Source of the DNA: a bacterium
GTDB lineage: Bacteria > Hinthialibacterota > Hinthialibacteria > Hinthialibacterales > Hinthialibacteraceae
Direction: 5' to 3'
NCBI GenBank assembly: GCA_963662285.2
Contig: CAXXMV010000006.1
Location: 704,001 to 768,000 of the forward strand
DNA: 64,000 nt
Shown here piece after piece: positions 50,680-60,160 of the stretch. A program made the position numbers and the translations under genes. The notes beneath the pieces were generated by a model. The model did no database searches. It worked only from the letters and a program-made list of their open reading frames with translations, and had not been told where the DNA came from. The first letter of the stretch is position 1. Each line of letters starts with the position of its first letter.

Positions 50680-51216
50680 CTATACTGATGGTTTAATCGT
50701 GACTGTACTTTGACCAGTTTGCGGCGTGCTTGGCGTTGTTGTCGCAGTTACTTTATCAGCATTGGTGATGATGATGTCTGATTCGGCTTGAGCGTAATAC
50801 GGCGTTTGTGGCGTATTTGATTTTAGAGGATTGTCTTTTGAACCGGGTGCAGCGCCACCACCACCACCATTACCGCCATTACCGCCACTGCTTTGCTGTT
50901 TCTCTTTAAAGGCCTCGACTGTAGCTTTGAGGTTCGAAATCTGTTCGGCTATCATATTGCCAGTAAGGATTTCGCTGCACGATTTCGATTCTAATGGTCC
51001 GAGAGTTGAAAGCAGGTTGATGACTTTGCCGGTAACTGACATGCCGACTTCGTTTTGAGCTTGTTGGTTGGCTACGGAGTTTTGCTGGGATAAGTTTCCG
51101 TTAACCACCGTATTGGAATAGGCCAGGTTGGAAAGCATTGCCGGTTGTTCTGAAATGCTTTTCATATTGCCTATTGCCACGCTATCTGTGATATCTTTTG
51201 GAAGTGTGTCTGCCAT
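50680..51216 (-). CDS. RebB-like R-body protein with Gly-rich linker and C-terminal extension
   Basis: ITDSVAIGNMKSISEQPAMLSNLAYS..QNSVANQQAQNE, then GGNGGNGGGGG; AGGAGG RBS. Confidence 0.87.
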   Translation of the reverse strand: MADTLPKDITDSVAIGNMKSISEQPAMLSNLAYSNTVVNGNLSQQNSVANQQAQNEVGMSVTGKVINLLSTLGPLESKSCSEILTGNMIAEQISNLKATVEAFKEKQQSSGGNGGNGGGGGAAPGSKDNPLKSNTPQTPYYAQAESDIIITNADKVTATTTPSTPQTGQSTVTIKPSV

Positions 51217-51283
51217 TTTATTCCTCCTGGTGTTACAGTTTTTTTTTTCTTATTTTTACTTTCCTATACTTGGTTTGGTGAGA

Positions 51284-51329
51284 GAGCCTCGGTCAATCTT
51301 TCGGGGAATAGTGGATTGACCGAAGGCTC
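51284..51329. other. Intra-operon stem-loop between reb genes
   Basis: GAGCCTCGGTCAATC ... GATTGACCGAAGGCTC; no U-tract follows on the coding strand. Confidence 0.55.
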
Positions 51330-51369
51330 CCGGTAATACGGTTTTCTCTTATCAGTTCGCAGATGCAGG

Positions 51370-51696
51370 TTACTTGAAGGCCTGAAGCGTGGCTTTCAGG
51401 TCTGCCATTTGTTCCGCGACAACGTTGCCGGAAAGGATTTCGTTGGCGGATTTTGATTCTAGTGGTCCCAGCGTGGTGATCAGGTGGATGGTTTTTCCTG
51501 TCACGGAAACGCCGACTTCATTCATCGCCTGTTGATTGGCGACGGCGTTTTGCATGGACAGGTTGGTGTTAGCCACCGTGTTCGAATACGCCAGGTTTGA
51601 CAGCATCGCAGGTTGTTCTGAGATGCTCTTCAGGTTGCCGATCGCTACGGCGGATACGACTTCGTCTGGTAATTTGTTGGGTACTGGGTCTGCCAT
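51370..51696 (-). CDS. RebB-like R-body protein (minimal form)
   Basis: VVSAVAIGNLKSISEQPAMLSNLAYSNTVANTNLSMQNAVANQQAMNE; AGGAGG RBS. Confidence 0.88.
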   Translation of the reverse strand: MADPVPNKLPDEVVSAVAIGNLKSISEQPAMLSNLAYSNTVANTNLSMQNAVANQQAMNEVGVSVTGKTIHLITTLGPLESKSANEILSGNVVAEQMADLKATLQAFK

Positions 51697-51778
51697 TGGA
51701 TTCCTCCTGTGATAAATGTTTTATTGCGTTAGTGGTTAGAAAGATTCGGTCTCTTTCTGCACCATTTACTACCTTGGT

Positions 51779-52117
51779 TTAATGCGCCTGACTGTGGGAT
51801 GCAGCGGGAGACAATGCTTTCAAGATGGCGGTCAGGTTTAAGATGGCCTCGGCCAACATGTTGCCGCTTAGTAGTTCATTGCAGGATTTAACTTCCAACG
51901 GTCCAAGCGAGGTCAGTAGATGAACAACTTTTCCAGTCACGGCCACGCCCAGTTCATTCATGGACTGTTGATTGGCTACGGCGTTTTGATGAGATAGATT
52001 GGTGTTGGCTACGGTGTTGGAAAAAGCCAGATTGGAAATCATGGCGGCTTGTTGAGAGACGCAATTCAGGTTGCCTATGGCTACGGATTTAATTACTGCA
52101 TCAGGTAGTGATCCCAT
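51779..52117 (-). CDS. RebB-like R-body protein
   Basis: VAIGNLNCVSQQAAMISNLAFSNTVANTNLSHQNAVANQQSMNELG; AAGGAG RBS. Confidence 0.85.
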   Translation of the reverse strand: MGSLPDAVIKSVAIGNLNCVSQQAAMISNLAFSNTVANTNLSHQNAVANQQSMNELGVAVTGKVVHLLTSLGPLEVKSCNELLSGNMLAEAILNLTAILKALSPAASHSQAH

Positions 52118-52156
52118 TTTCCCTCTCCTTAATAATTAGTCTTCTGTCAGAGGTGA

Positions 52157-52597
52157 TTAATCATCAGCTTTTGGCTTAGCAGCAGGTTTCATGAGTTTTT
52201 TTGATTTTTTATAGACTCTATTAAATTCTGCTGCTTTTTTTGCTATTTCCTCTTTTTTTTCTTCAACTTCTGATCCGGCTTTTTTTATGTTAGTTAAATT
52301 GTCTAACATTTCATCGGCGCCTTTATTGAGGCTTTTCAACACTGCTAAATAATCCGCCAGACTCTTGGGATCGCTGGCGTCGGCGTTAGTGATGACGGCG
52401 ACGCACTTGGAAAGAGTGGCCATGGTAATCTGGTTCATGGCTTGCTGTTGATTGATCATCAGCTGCTGTTGCATGTTGTTGTTGAGCACCTGGTTGGCTA
52501 GCGCAAGGTTGGAGAGAACCGACGGTTGATCAGAGATAGATTTAGCGTTGTTGATCGCTATCGCCTGGATAATGTCATCTGGTAGAGTGTCAGCCAT
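52157..52597 (-). CDS. Divergent RebB-like protein with Lys/Glu-rich tail
   Basis: IAINNAKSISDQPSVLSNLALANQVLNNNMQQQLMINQQQAMNQITMA; GAGGTG RBS. Confidence 0.8.
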   Translation of the reverse strand: MADTLPDDIIQAIAINNAKSISDQPSVLSNLALANQVLNNNMQQQLMINQQQAMNQITMATLSKCVAVITNADASDPKSLADYLAVLKSLNKGADEMLDNLTNIKKAGSEVEEKKEEIAKKAAEFNRVYKKSKKLMKPAAKPKADD

Positions 52598-52741
52598 GAT
52601 TTCACCTCTTTATTCAAGTATCTTTCCCGGTAATCTGTAGCATAAAAATGCTGCATACATTACATTGATGCGTATAGGTGCATTTATGCCGATATAAAAT
52701 TTTATGCACTCATAAATAAATCAATACAGCGCAATAGCGAC

Positions 52742-52770
52742 ATAATGAATCAAAAAAATACTTTTGTCAA
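52742..52770 (-). promoter_or_regulatory. Candidate sigma70 promoter of the reb locus
   Basis: Minus strand reads TTGACA-N17-CATTAT, flanked by inverted GTGCATAAA 9-mers at 52701-52709 and 52800-52808. Confidence 0.4.
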
Positions 52771-53113
52771 GAGAAAAATTTAAATAAAATTCTGTAAATG
52801 TGCATAAATGTTATAAATGATATACTATGATATATGGATATGTTGCAGATTAACTTGAACTTATTTCAGGATGGATTATTACGTGGTAATATTAAAAAAA
52901 AATTGCATGATCTGTTGTATTTAAGAGAAATTGCGCATATAAAACGGAAAAATTGTGCAGAAAGACTACTACCAGGATGATATTATACCTCTTTAACGCG
53001 CTATATATCTATAATTACTCATAGTGGTTATTGTTAGCGATGAGGATTTGTTGTCTTCAGATAGGTTTATGATTCAATCAAACGTTAATATGAATGTTCT
53101 TATGCAAATGGCT

Positions 53114-53452
53114 CTAATGTTCTCCACGACTGATGGCTTCGACATGCTCTAGAACGATTTGCGGTGGACATTCCTTGATCAGTTTACGAAAGGCGAAGAC
53201 GATAAACAGGATGTCGTCGGTATACCCGATCTGAAAAAATGGCAGGTCCGGCAGGAAATCAAATGGAAAAATAAGATATATGATTGAACCATAACATATT
53301 AGTTTTAAATGAAATGGAACCCGTGAATCGGCTAACAACCGGCTGAAAAGCCGGATGAAATTTGGTAAATGGATGATGAACGATAGAACCTTGGTGGGAG
53401 AAAAGCGTCCTGCCGTCTCCATTAAACGCGAAAAACGAAATGGATTTGCCAT
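53114..53452 (-). CDS. YkvA/DUF1232-family membrane protein
   Basis: LLADSRVP..IYLIFPFDFLPD..IGYTDD. Confidence 0.88.
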   Translation of the reverse strand: MANPFRFSRLMETAGRFSPTKVLSFIIHLPNFIRLFSRLLADSRVPFHLKLICYGSIIYLIFPFDFLPDLPFFQIGYTDDILFIVFAFRKLIKECPPQIVLEHVEAISRGEH

Positions 53453-53475
53453 GCTGTAATTATGCCTTTAATCGG

Positions 53476-54915
53476 TTATAAACCCAACCGTTGACGAAGC
53501 GTGTTACGTGAAACTCCTAATAATTTAGCGGCCTGCACCTGGTTGCCTCCAGTATATTTCATGGCCCGTTGAGCTAATTCCTCTTCGAGCCATTGATACA
53601 TCTTTATGGGGTGCTTCTGCTGTTGAGTCACAATTTGATTCCATAGGTTATTTAAAGCCTCACCCAGACCTTCTTCTGTATGAGTTTCTACTATTTCTTC
53701 TGGCGTGACCGTGATTGGTTGTTTATTTGGCTTGGTGGTTTGCAATAAATCTACGGTTATTATGTTGCCGCGCGATAAGATCAAAGCCCGCTGGATAGCG
53801 TTTTCCAATTCACGGATATTGCCCGGCCAGTCATGTTGGAGAAGATAATCTTCCGCATCTTGAGCCAGCGATATGGAACTGACTCCTTTACGCCAGGCGA
53901 AATATCTGGTCAGTAAGGGGATATCAATGCGGCGTTCACGCAGGGGAGGTAGATTAATGGTCATTACCTGCAAGCGGTAAAAAAGGTCTTCCCGGAATTT
54001 ACCTTTGGCAACCAGCTCGGGGAGATTGCTATTGGTGGCCGCAATGATGCGGGCGTCGGTATGGATGATATCTTTGCCGCCTACCCGTTGGAAAGTTTTG
54101 TCTTGCAGCACGCGCAGCAGTTTGCCTTGGGTTAGCAGGCTGATTTCGCCGATTTCATCCAGAAATATGGTTCCCTGATGGGCCTGTTCGAATTTTCCTA
54201 TACGCCTTTCATGGGCGCCGGTGAATGCGCCTTTTTCATGACCGAACAGTTCGCTTTCGAGCAGATTATCAGGAATTGCGGCGCAGTTGATAGGCAGGAA
54301 GATATTATCTTTTCGTGGACTGTGGCTGTATATTGCGCGGGCCACCAGTTCTTTTCCGGTTCCACTGTCGCCGGTAATAAGCACAAGGGCGTCACTATCA
54401 GCCACCCGTCCGATAAATTTATAAACTTCCTGCATGGCCGAAGAAGAACCGATCATTACATCGTCCGTCCCCCATTGGTCTTCTTTAATTCCCCAAATAA
54501 CCGATTTCTGCATCAGCCGCCTGGTGGACAGGGCATTCTGGATAATGGTCATCATGTTAGGCGGATCGAACGGTTTGAGGACGTAATCATAGGCGCCTAA
54601 GCGGGTTGCTTCGATGGCTGCATTAGTGGTGGAGTAGGCCGTCATAATGATGACAGGTATGGTCAGTGATCTTTTCTTGATCTCTTTAAGAGTAGCCAGG
54701 CCATCCATGCCGCCCATTTTAATATCCATAATAATCAAATCGGGCGTTTCTGTTTCCAGGATAGTTAAAGCCTCTTCTCCAGACATGGCCTTGGAGATTT
54801 TACAGTTCAGGTTGGAGGTGATATATCGTTTGAGCGAGTAATGGATCTCTGTTTCGTCATCGACAATCAATATATAGTATTCTTTGGCTTGCGTATCCAT
54901 AGGGTGATAATGCAT
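53476..54915 (-). CDS. Sigma54-dependent response regulator (NtrC/AtoC family)
   Basis: REC domain, GDSGTGKE, ESELFGHEKGAFTGA, FLDEIGE, WPGNIRELEN and Fis-type HTH GNQVQAAKLLGVSRNTL. Confidence 0.95.
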   Translation of the reverse strand: MHYHPMDTQAKEYYILIVDDETEIHYSLKRYITSNLNCKISKAMSGEEALTILETETPDLIIMDIKMGGMDGLATLKEIKKRSLTIPVIIMTAYSTTNAAIEATRLGAYDYVLKPFDPPNMMTIIQNALSTRRLMQKSVIWGIKEDQWGTDDVMIGSSSAMQEVYKFIGRVADSDALVLITGDSGTGKELVARAIYSHSPRKDNIFLPINCAAIPDNLLESELFGHEKGAFTGAHERRIGKFEQAHQGTIFLDEIGEISLLTQGKLLRVLQDKTFQRVGGKDIIHTDARIIAATNSNLPELVAKGKFREDLFYRLQVMTINLPPLRERRIDIPLLTRYFAWRKGVSSISLAQDAEDYLLQHDWPGNIRELENAIQRALILSRGNIITVDLLQTTKPNKQPITVTPEEIVETHTEEGLGEALNNLWNQIVTQQQKHPIKMYQWLEEELAQRAMKYTGGNQVQAAKLLGVSRNTLRQRLGL

Positions 54916-55165
54916 CTTTCTTTAATAAAATATACAAGACCCTCAGGTGGCTTGCTTGCCCGGCTATGGCTTTGATTAGTCAAATGAAATTACAGTAAAT
55001 CTCCTTTTCCTATTGACTTCCAATAGAACAAATGAGATGATTTATTATAGCGGGTAATATGATTGTTAGAAATACGCGTCGATTAGCAGTCTGCGGTTTG
55101 ACGATTACAGGTTGAGTTTTTGATATGCGCCGCAACTGATATCTTTTCAAGTAGATGGTAATTAA

Positions 55166-55630
55166 ATGGCTGATTTTATTTTTACAGAAGACGATCTCGA
55201 AAATCACCAGGACGAATCTCTCGGTGATGAGCCGAATCAGGTGCGGTCTTTCATCGCTTCTGATATGGTGATGGAAGGTTCCTTAAATCTGAAGCATGGG
55301 ATCGAAATTGGCGGATTTTATAAAGGCGCCATTTCTTCGAATAGTATGGTTCGCGTAGTAGATTCCGGTCGTCTTGAGGGGAATGTGGATTCCTTCAATG
55401 TATCAATTGATGGAAGCGCCAACCTGTCTTTAGTAGCGCGTAAAAGGCTAGAGATCAACAAAGGCGGCTTTTTTATCGGTAATTTGGAAGTTCAACCGGA
55501 AATTATCGTATTATCCGAATTCGCTGTATTCGGGCAGGATGAAGATACCGCCCGTTCATTTTATAATAAGTTTAAGTTTGAACAGGGCGATAAAACCGAT
55601 TCCTCTTCTGGTAACAAACATAAATCTTGA
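55166..55630 (+). CDS. Bactofilin (polymer-forming cytoskeletal protein)
   Basis: SFIASDMVMEGSL..IEIGGFYKGAI..VRVVDSGRLEGNV..VSIDG..LEINKGGFFIGNL beta-solenoid pattern. Confidence 0.8.
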   Translation: MADFIFTEDDLENHQDESLGDEPNQVRSFIASDMVMEGSLNLKHGIEIGGFYKGAISSNSMVRVVDSGRLEGNVDSFNVSIDGSANLSLVARKRLEINKGGFFIGNLEVQPEIIVLSEFAVFGQDEDTARSFYNKFKFEQGDKTDSSSGNKHKS

Positions 55631-55698
55631 TAATCTTGCCGGTTGAATTAAAAACCCGTCTGATCCCCAACTTACTTTCTATAAAAACTAAAAAAAAA

Positions 55699-55737
55699 AG
55701 TGGTTCAAAGTTCCTGGTAATCGAACATTGAACCACT
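55699..55737. terminator. Hairpin between convergent genes
   Basis: AGTGGTTCAA..TTGAACCACT preceded by an A-run that gives a U-tract on the minus strand. Confidence 0.6.
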
Positions 55738-55773
55738 GATTTAATTTACGTTATCTCGAGAATCGCAATAATC

Positions 55774-56688
55774 TTATTTTTGCGCGGGGAAAGCCAATTC
55801 GACCACTATCGGCAGGTGATCGGAAGGGAAGCGTCCATCGTATTTATCATCTGCGATTTGATGACTTAGTACAATAAAACCGTTGCGCACGAAGATGTAA
55901 TCAATTTTACTTCCGGGTTCATTAATTTCCGTCCACCCTTTTTTCGTGAAACTGGCGGTGGGGCCCTTATGTCCGGTTTTTGAGATGTAGTGGGCATCTA
56001 GCAAATCTGAAGAGCCTTGCTCGGTTTTGGTTTTACCTGTCAGGATTGCATAAGCTTCATTTGATTCAAAAATGTTGAAATCGCCTGTAAGAAATGCTGG
56101 CGCGTCACCGCTGATGGATTTGATTCTGCTCCAAACCAGTTTGGCGCTTTCCAGTTTGGCGGGCTGACTTATATGATCAAAATGGGTGTTGAAATGATAG
56201 AAGATATTACCAGTGGCTACATCTTTGAATTTAGCCCAGGTAACAATACGGTTGCAGGCGGCATTCCATGATTTAACTCCAGGAATCTCAGGAGTTTCTG
56301 ACAACCAGAAGGTGTTATGCTGTAATAACTCAAGGCGGTCTTTACGGTAGAAAATGGCCATAAATTCGCCTTTATCCCATCCATTGTCGCGTCCAACGCC
56401 AAACCAGGTATATTCTGGAAGCCGTTCCTGTAAATCTGCGATTTGTTCTTTTAACGCTTCTTGAAGACCAACAATATCCGGCTGGTATTTTTCGCCGATC
56501 ATCTCCGCAACATGATCTTTACGATTATCCCAGATATTTACTCCGTCATTGGGATTGTTGTAGCGTATATTGTATGTCATTACGCGTAAATCCGCACTAT
56601 CTTTCCCGTTTGCTTCAATAACTGAATTTGCAATGAACAATAAGGATAAGACTGCCATAAGGATGTTCTTCATGTTCTTCATTTTCAA
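55774..56688 (-). CDS. Secreted endonuclease/exonuclease/phosphatase-family protein
   Basis: VMTYNIR, GLQE, FNTHFDH, LTGDFN, KIDYIF and PSDHLP. Confidence 0.93.
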   Translation of the reverse strand: MKMKNMKNILMAVLSLLFIANSVIEANGKDSADLRVMTYNIRYNNPNDGVNIWDNRKDHVAEMIGEKYQPDIVGLQEALKEQIADLQERLPEYTWFGVGRDNGWDKGEFMAIFYRKDRLELLQHNTFWLSETPEIPGVKSWNAACNRIVTWAKFKDVATGNIFYHFNTHFDHISQPAKLESAKLVWSRIKSISGDAPAFLTGDFNIFESNEAYAILTGKTKTEQGSSDLLDAHYISKTGHKGPTASFTKKGWTEINEPGSKIDYIFVRNGFIVLSHQIADDKYDGRFPSDHLPIVVELAFPAQK

Positions 56689-56760
56689 ACTCTCCTATCT
56701 TCATTTAGTTGATTAAACTTCTTGCATTTTATTCTATTTGGTATTGTCAGGCGAATTTCT

Positions 56761-57027
56761 CTAGATTCTATAAGCGATTCTGACAATTGCGTCCTGAGTC
56801 GCTTGCAATAGGAAAAAGACTACTATAGGGCTTAAATCAAATCCGCCTGCAACGAGGAAGGGAAATGACTTCTGTACGGCGTCTAAAAGCGGATCAGTTA
56901 TTTGAGAGATGAATTTTATAATAGGATTATACGGATTCAACTGCACCCATGAAAGAATAATCCTTGCCAGAATTATCATTTTATAAATACTAATTAGTTT
57001 TACCAGTAATAATAAGATATAATGCAT
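56761..57027 (-). CDS. YggT-family membrane protein
   Basis: ARIILSWV..YNPI..ITDPLL..GGFDLSPIV. Confidence 0.9.
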   Translation of the reverse strand: MHYILLLLVKLISIYKMIILARIILSWVQLNPYNPIIKFISQITDPLLDAVQKSFPFLVAGGFDLSPIVVFFLLQATQDAIVRIAYRI

Positions 57028-57277
57028 TAGATTCGTCCTGTTATAGTGGTGTGAGCAATGCTGTCTTGATTCTTGTACCTACGATATTATTCTTCTATTG
57101 GTTGAAACGCTACCTTTAGAGAATATTATTATGCTGTTGTCGGCTCATGGTCAGTTAAATCTATGTTCATATTATAAAATATCGAGGATTCTCTTGTCAT
57201 ATTTTCAATAATTGTCATACTAATTTGTAAGAATTTATACGAAAATTAAGTAGAGTAAATCGTTTAGAAGGGAAGAG

Positions 57278-58159
57278 ATGGCTCTCATGGCTCAGAAACC
57301 AGTCATTATATCAACCTGGGATTTCGGGATAAAAGCAAATGACGCTGGATGGGATATATTAAAAAAAGGCGGCTCTGCGTTAGACGCAGTACAGGCAGGC
57401 GCCACTGTAACTGAAGATGATCCTACTATAAGCAGCGTGGGATATGGTGGATATCCCAACGAAAATGGCGTGGTTCAACTGGATGCGGCGATAATTGACG
57501 GCAAGACTGGACGAATGGGTGCCGTGGCCGCCATTGAAGGCATCGGCAACCCTTGCGCAGTTGCGCGGAAAATTCTGGAAAAAAATAAGCACATTTTTCT
57601 TGTCGGAGAAGGCGCTAAATCATTTGCTCTTAAAGAAGGATTTAAGGAAAAATATCTGGGTACCCAATCAAGCATGGAATGGTATGCCAAGCAGATTGGA
57701 AAGCGCGATGATGATAATGGTCACGACACAATTGGAGTGTTGGCTAGAGACAAAAAAGGAGACATGGCGGTGGCCTGCACCACCAGCGGCGTATCCATGA
57801 AATGGGCTGGCCGGGTTGGCGATTCTCCCATTATCGGCTCCGGCTTGTATATGGATGGTAAGATCGGCGGCGCTGTAGGAACCGGCGTAGGTGAAAGAGC
57901 TATAGAAGTATGCGGCTCCTTTGCAATTGTTGAATTTATGCGTAATGGCATGTCTCCCCAAAATGCCTGTGAAGAATTGATTAGAAGAGTTGTTGAAAAT
58001 AATACTAATCGCCCTGAATTTCAATTAGCCTTTATCGCCCTGAGCCGAGATGGACGAATGGGCGGCGCTTCAATACAAAAAGGATTTGAGTATGCTGTTT
58101 GTGATGGCAAAGAGAATAAACTTCGATCTGGAACAGTATATGGAGTCGATTTCCAGTAA
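57278..58159 (+). CDS. Glycosylasparaginase / isoaspartyl peptidase (Ntn hydrolase)
   Basis: ISTW, SVGYGGYP, HD/TIG autocleavage site and TTSG..GRVGDSPIIGSG. Confidence 0.92.
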   Translation: MALMAQKPVIISTWDFGIKANDAGWDILKKGGSALDAVQAGATVTEDDPTISSVGYGGYPNENGVVQLDAAIIDGKTGRMGAVAAIEGIGNPCAVARKILEKNKHIFLVGEGAKSFALKEGFKEKYLGTQSSMEWYAKQIGKRDDDNGHDTIGVLARDKKGDMAVACTTSGVSMKWAGRVGDSPIIGSGLYMDGKIGGAVGTGVGERAIEVCGSFAIVEFMRNGMSPQNACEELIRRVVENNTNRPEFQLAFIALSRDGRMGGASIQKGFEYAVCDGKENKLRSGTVYGVDFQ

Positions 58160-58383
58160 AATAATATCTATTAAGCGTTTTCAAAGTATTTATTTATCAT
58201 CAATTCCGGTCTTTTTATCCGCCCGTTTTAACGGGATGGTTAAAAGAGTAATCCATCACAATATTATAAAAATTATTCGAAATAATAAAAAAGTATTGCT
58301 TCCAGCTTGAATCAGCGTAAACTGAAGCTATAGGTTCAAGTTGCAGTTACTTTTCTTTCTGGAATAGTAAGGAGACCAGCGCC

Positions 58384-58797
58384 TTGAAAAAATTCGATTA
58401 TACAACCACCGAAGAGCAAGTAAACGGACTCGTTGTTCAGATTACCAAGATTGAAGGCTATCTGGATTCCAGTACTTTTGATCTGTTGCAGGATCATTTG
58501 CAGGCATTAATCGACGAGCAAAAATATAATCTGATTGTAGAGTTCGGGCAATTAAATTACATTAGCAGCGCAGGCCTGGGCGTTCTAATGGGTATGCTGA
58601 AAGAGGTGCGCCAAAATGACGGCGACCTTAAGTTGGCTAATATGTCGTCCAAGGTTAGAAATCTGTTCGACATGTTGGGATTTTCACGTTTGATACGCAT
58701 CTATCCTGACTGTGAGGAAGCCAAACAATCGTTCCTGACAGACCAGAAAGAACGAATTGCATCTAAAGACGCATCAATGCCCGAAGATGAGTATTAG
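58384..58797 (+). CDS. STAS-domain anti-sigma factor antagonist
   Basis: IEGYLDSST, LNYISSAGLGVL and GDLKLA..VRNLFDMLGF; AAGGAG RBS. Confidence 0.9.
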   Translation: MKKFDYTTTEEQVNGLVVQITKIEGYLDSSTFDLLQDHLQALIDEQKYNLIVEFGQLNYISSAGLGVLMGMLKEVRQNDGDLKLANMSSKVRNLFDMLGFSRLIRIYPDCEEAKQSFLTDQKERIASKDASMPEDEY

Positions 58798-58847
58798 AGC
58801 GATTATTAAGATTGAGTTTGTTTATTGACCTGTTTGGACTTTGTATA

Positions 58848-58871
58848 AGCCGGTTTTTTTCTGGCTTTTTT
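58848..58871 (+). terminator. Probable intrinsic terminator
   Basis: AAGCCGG..CTGGCTT followed by a T-run. Confidence 0.5.
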
Positions 58872-58992
58872 CGGTTCGCAAATCAGAATGGTATTAAGAA
58901 AACCACTCTAAAACATAATGGTTTCAAATTCGCTGACGCTTTAGGACATAATATTTAATTGAGTTTGCCATAATAGCGAAATTGGAATTGTT

Positions 58993-59484
58993 ATGCAATT
59001 TAAAGATTATTATAAAAAAATGACGCACCTTAATATCTTCGATAATGATATTGCTATCGATTTTTCTTCCGATGCAAAAAATCTGGTTATCGTGCGTCAC
59101 TTTTTCGGCGCTTTGGCTCAAGATTTGGATTTCTCTAACGAAGAAGCTCTTCAAATAGAATTATGCGTTGATGAAGTTTGCGCTAATTCGATTGAAGGAA
59201 TCAGAAAACTCGAGGGAGATGCGCCGCATTCCCGTGTGCGTATTGAAATTAAGATTGATATTGATGCTCTACATATTGTTGTATTTGATAATGGCGGCGA
59301 TTTTTCTCAAGCGCTCCACAAAGCGGCGCCCCTTCACGAATATACTGATCGCTCTCACAAACGAGGCTATGGACTTCAGATTATAAAGACTTTTATGGAT
59401 GAAATCGAATATCATTACGATTCCCGGTCTGGTAACCGTTTACATATGATTAAGCGTAAGTCATATGGCAAAACAAAATTCTAA
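58993..59484 (+). CDS. RsbW-like anti-sigma factor / Ser-Thr kinase (HATPase_c_2)
   Basis: IELCVDEVCANSI, VFDNGGDF and RGYGLQIIKTFMDE. Confidence 0.88.
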   Translation: MQFKDYYKKMTHLNIFDNDIAIDFSSDAKNLVIVRHFFGALAQDLDFSNEEALQIELCVDEVCANSIEGIRKLEGDAPHSRVRIEIKIDIDALHIVVFDNGGDFSQALHKAAPLHEYTDRSHKRGYGLQIIKTFMDEIEYHYDSRSGNRLHMIKRKSYGKTKF

Positions 59485-60112
59485 AAATTCTACTGGCTCG
59501 CAGGATCGCTCTCTCGTGATTGGCGTGGCGGGCGGCAGCGGTTGCGGCAAAACAACTCTGGTCGAATCATTCTGCGCTGCAATAAGCGAACAAACCACTG
59601 TAATTTCCCAGGATTGTTATTACCGTGATTTACAATTCATGCCCCTTAAAGACCGGGCTAAAGTTAATTTTGATCATCCCGATTCTCTTGAAATTGATCT
59701 GATGGCTTCACAGATCAATGAACTGGCTGAAGGGCGGGCCATTGATGCCCCGGTTTACGATTTCCATAACCACACGCGCCAGGGTCAACAGCGCATTTCT
59801 CCCGGTAAAATAATCGTGGTGGAAGGCACGCTTGTCTTCGCCATCGATCCTGTTCACTCTTGTTTTGATTATAGTGTATTTATCGATGCTCCGGCTGATA
59901 TCCGGCTGCTTAGGCGAATCGAACGTGATCTGCAAGATAGAGGCCGAATCCTGGATGATATCAAATGGCAATATTTCCATACAGTCCGACCGATGTATGA
60001 TCAGCTCATTGCGCCATCAAAAAACAAAGCCGATTTAATCCTGGATGGAACTCTCTCCCTACCAGTTCTTACTAAGCAGCTCGTTTTGGCGGTCAATAAA
60101 TTCAGAGGCTAA
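59465..60112 (+). CDS. udk: Uridine kinase
   Basis: IGVAGGSGCGKTT, QDCYY, NFDHPDS, PVYDF, RLLRRIERD..RGR and PSKNKAD. Confidence 0.92.
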   Translation: MAKQNSKNSTGSQDRSLVIGVAGGSGCGKTTLVESFCAAISEQTTVISQDCYYRDLQFMPLKDRAKVNFDHPDSLEIDLMASQINELAEGRAIDAPVYDFHNHTRQGQQRISPGKIIVVEGTLVFAIDPVHSCFDYSVFIDAPADIRLLRRIERDLQDRGRILDDIKWQYFHTVRPMYDQLIAPSKNKADLILDGTLSLPVLTKQLVLAVNKFRG

Positions 60113-60160
60113 GGATTATCCTGAAAACAGTAGTTAGATTATTATAACAAGGGATGATCT

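Noticed and set aside
55166-55630. Bactofilin as part of the R-body system
   Set aside because: Opposite strand, separated by two genes, and a common housekeeping gene; proximity alone is weak evidence.
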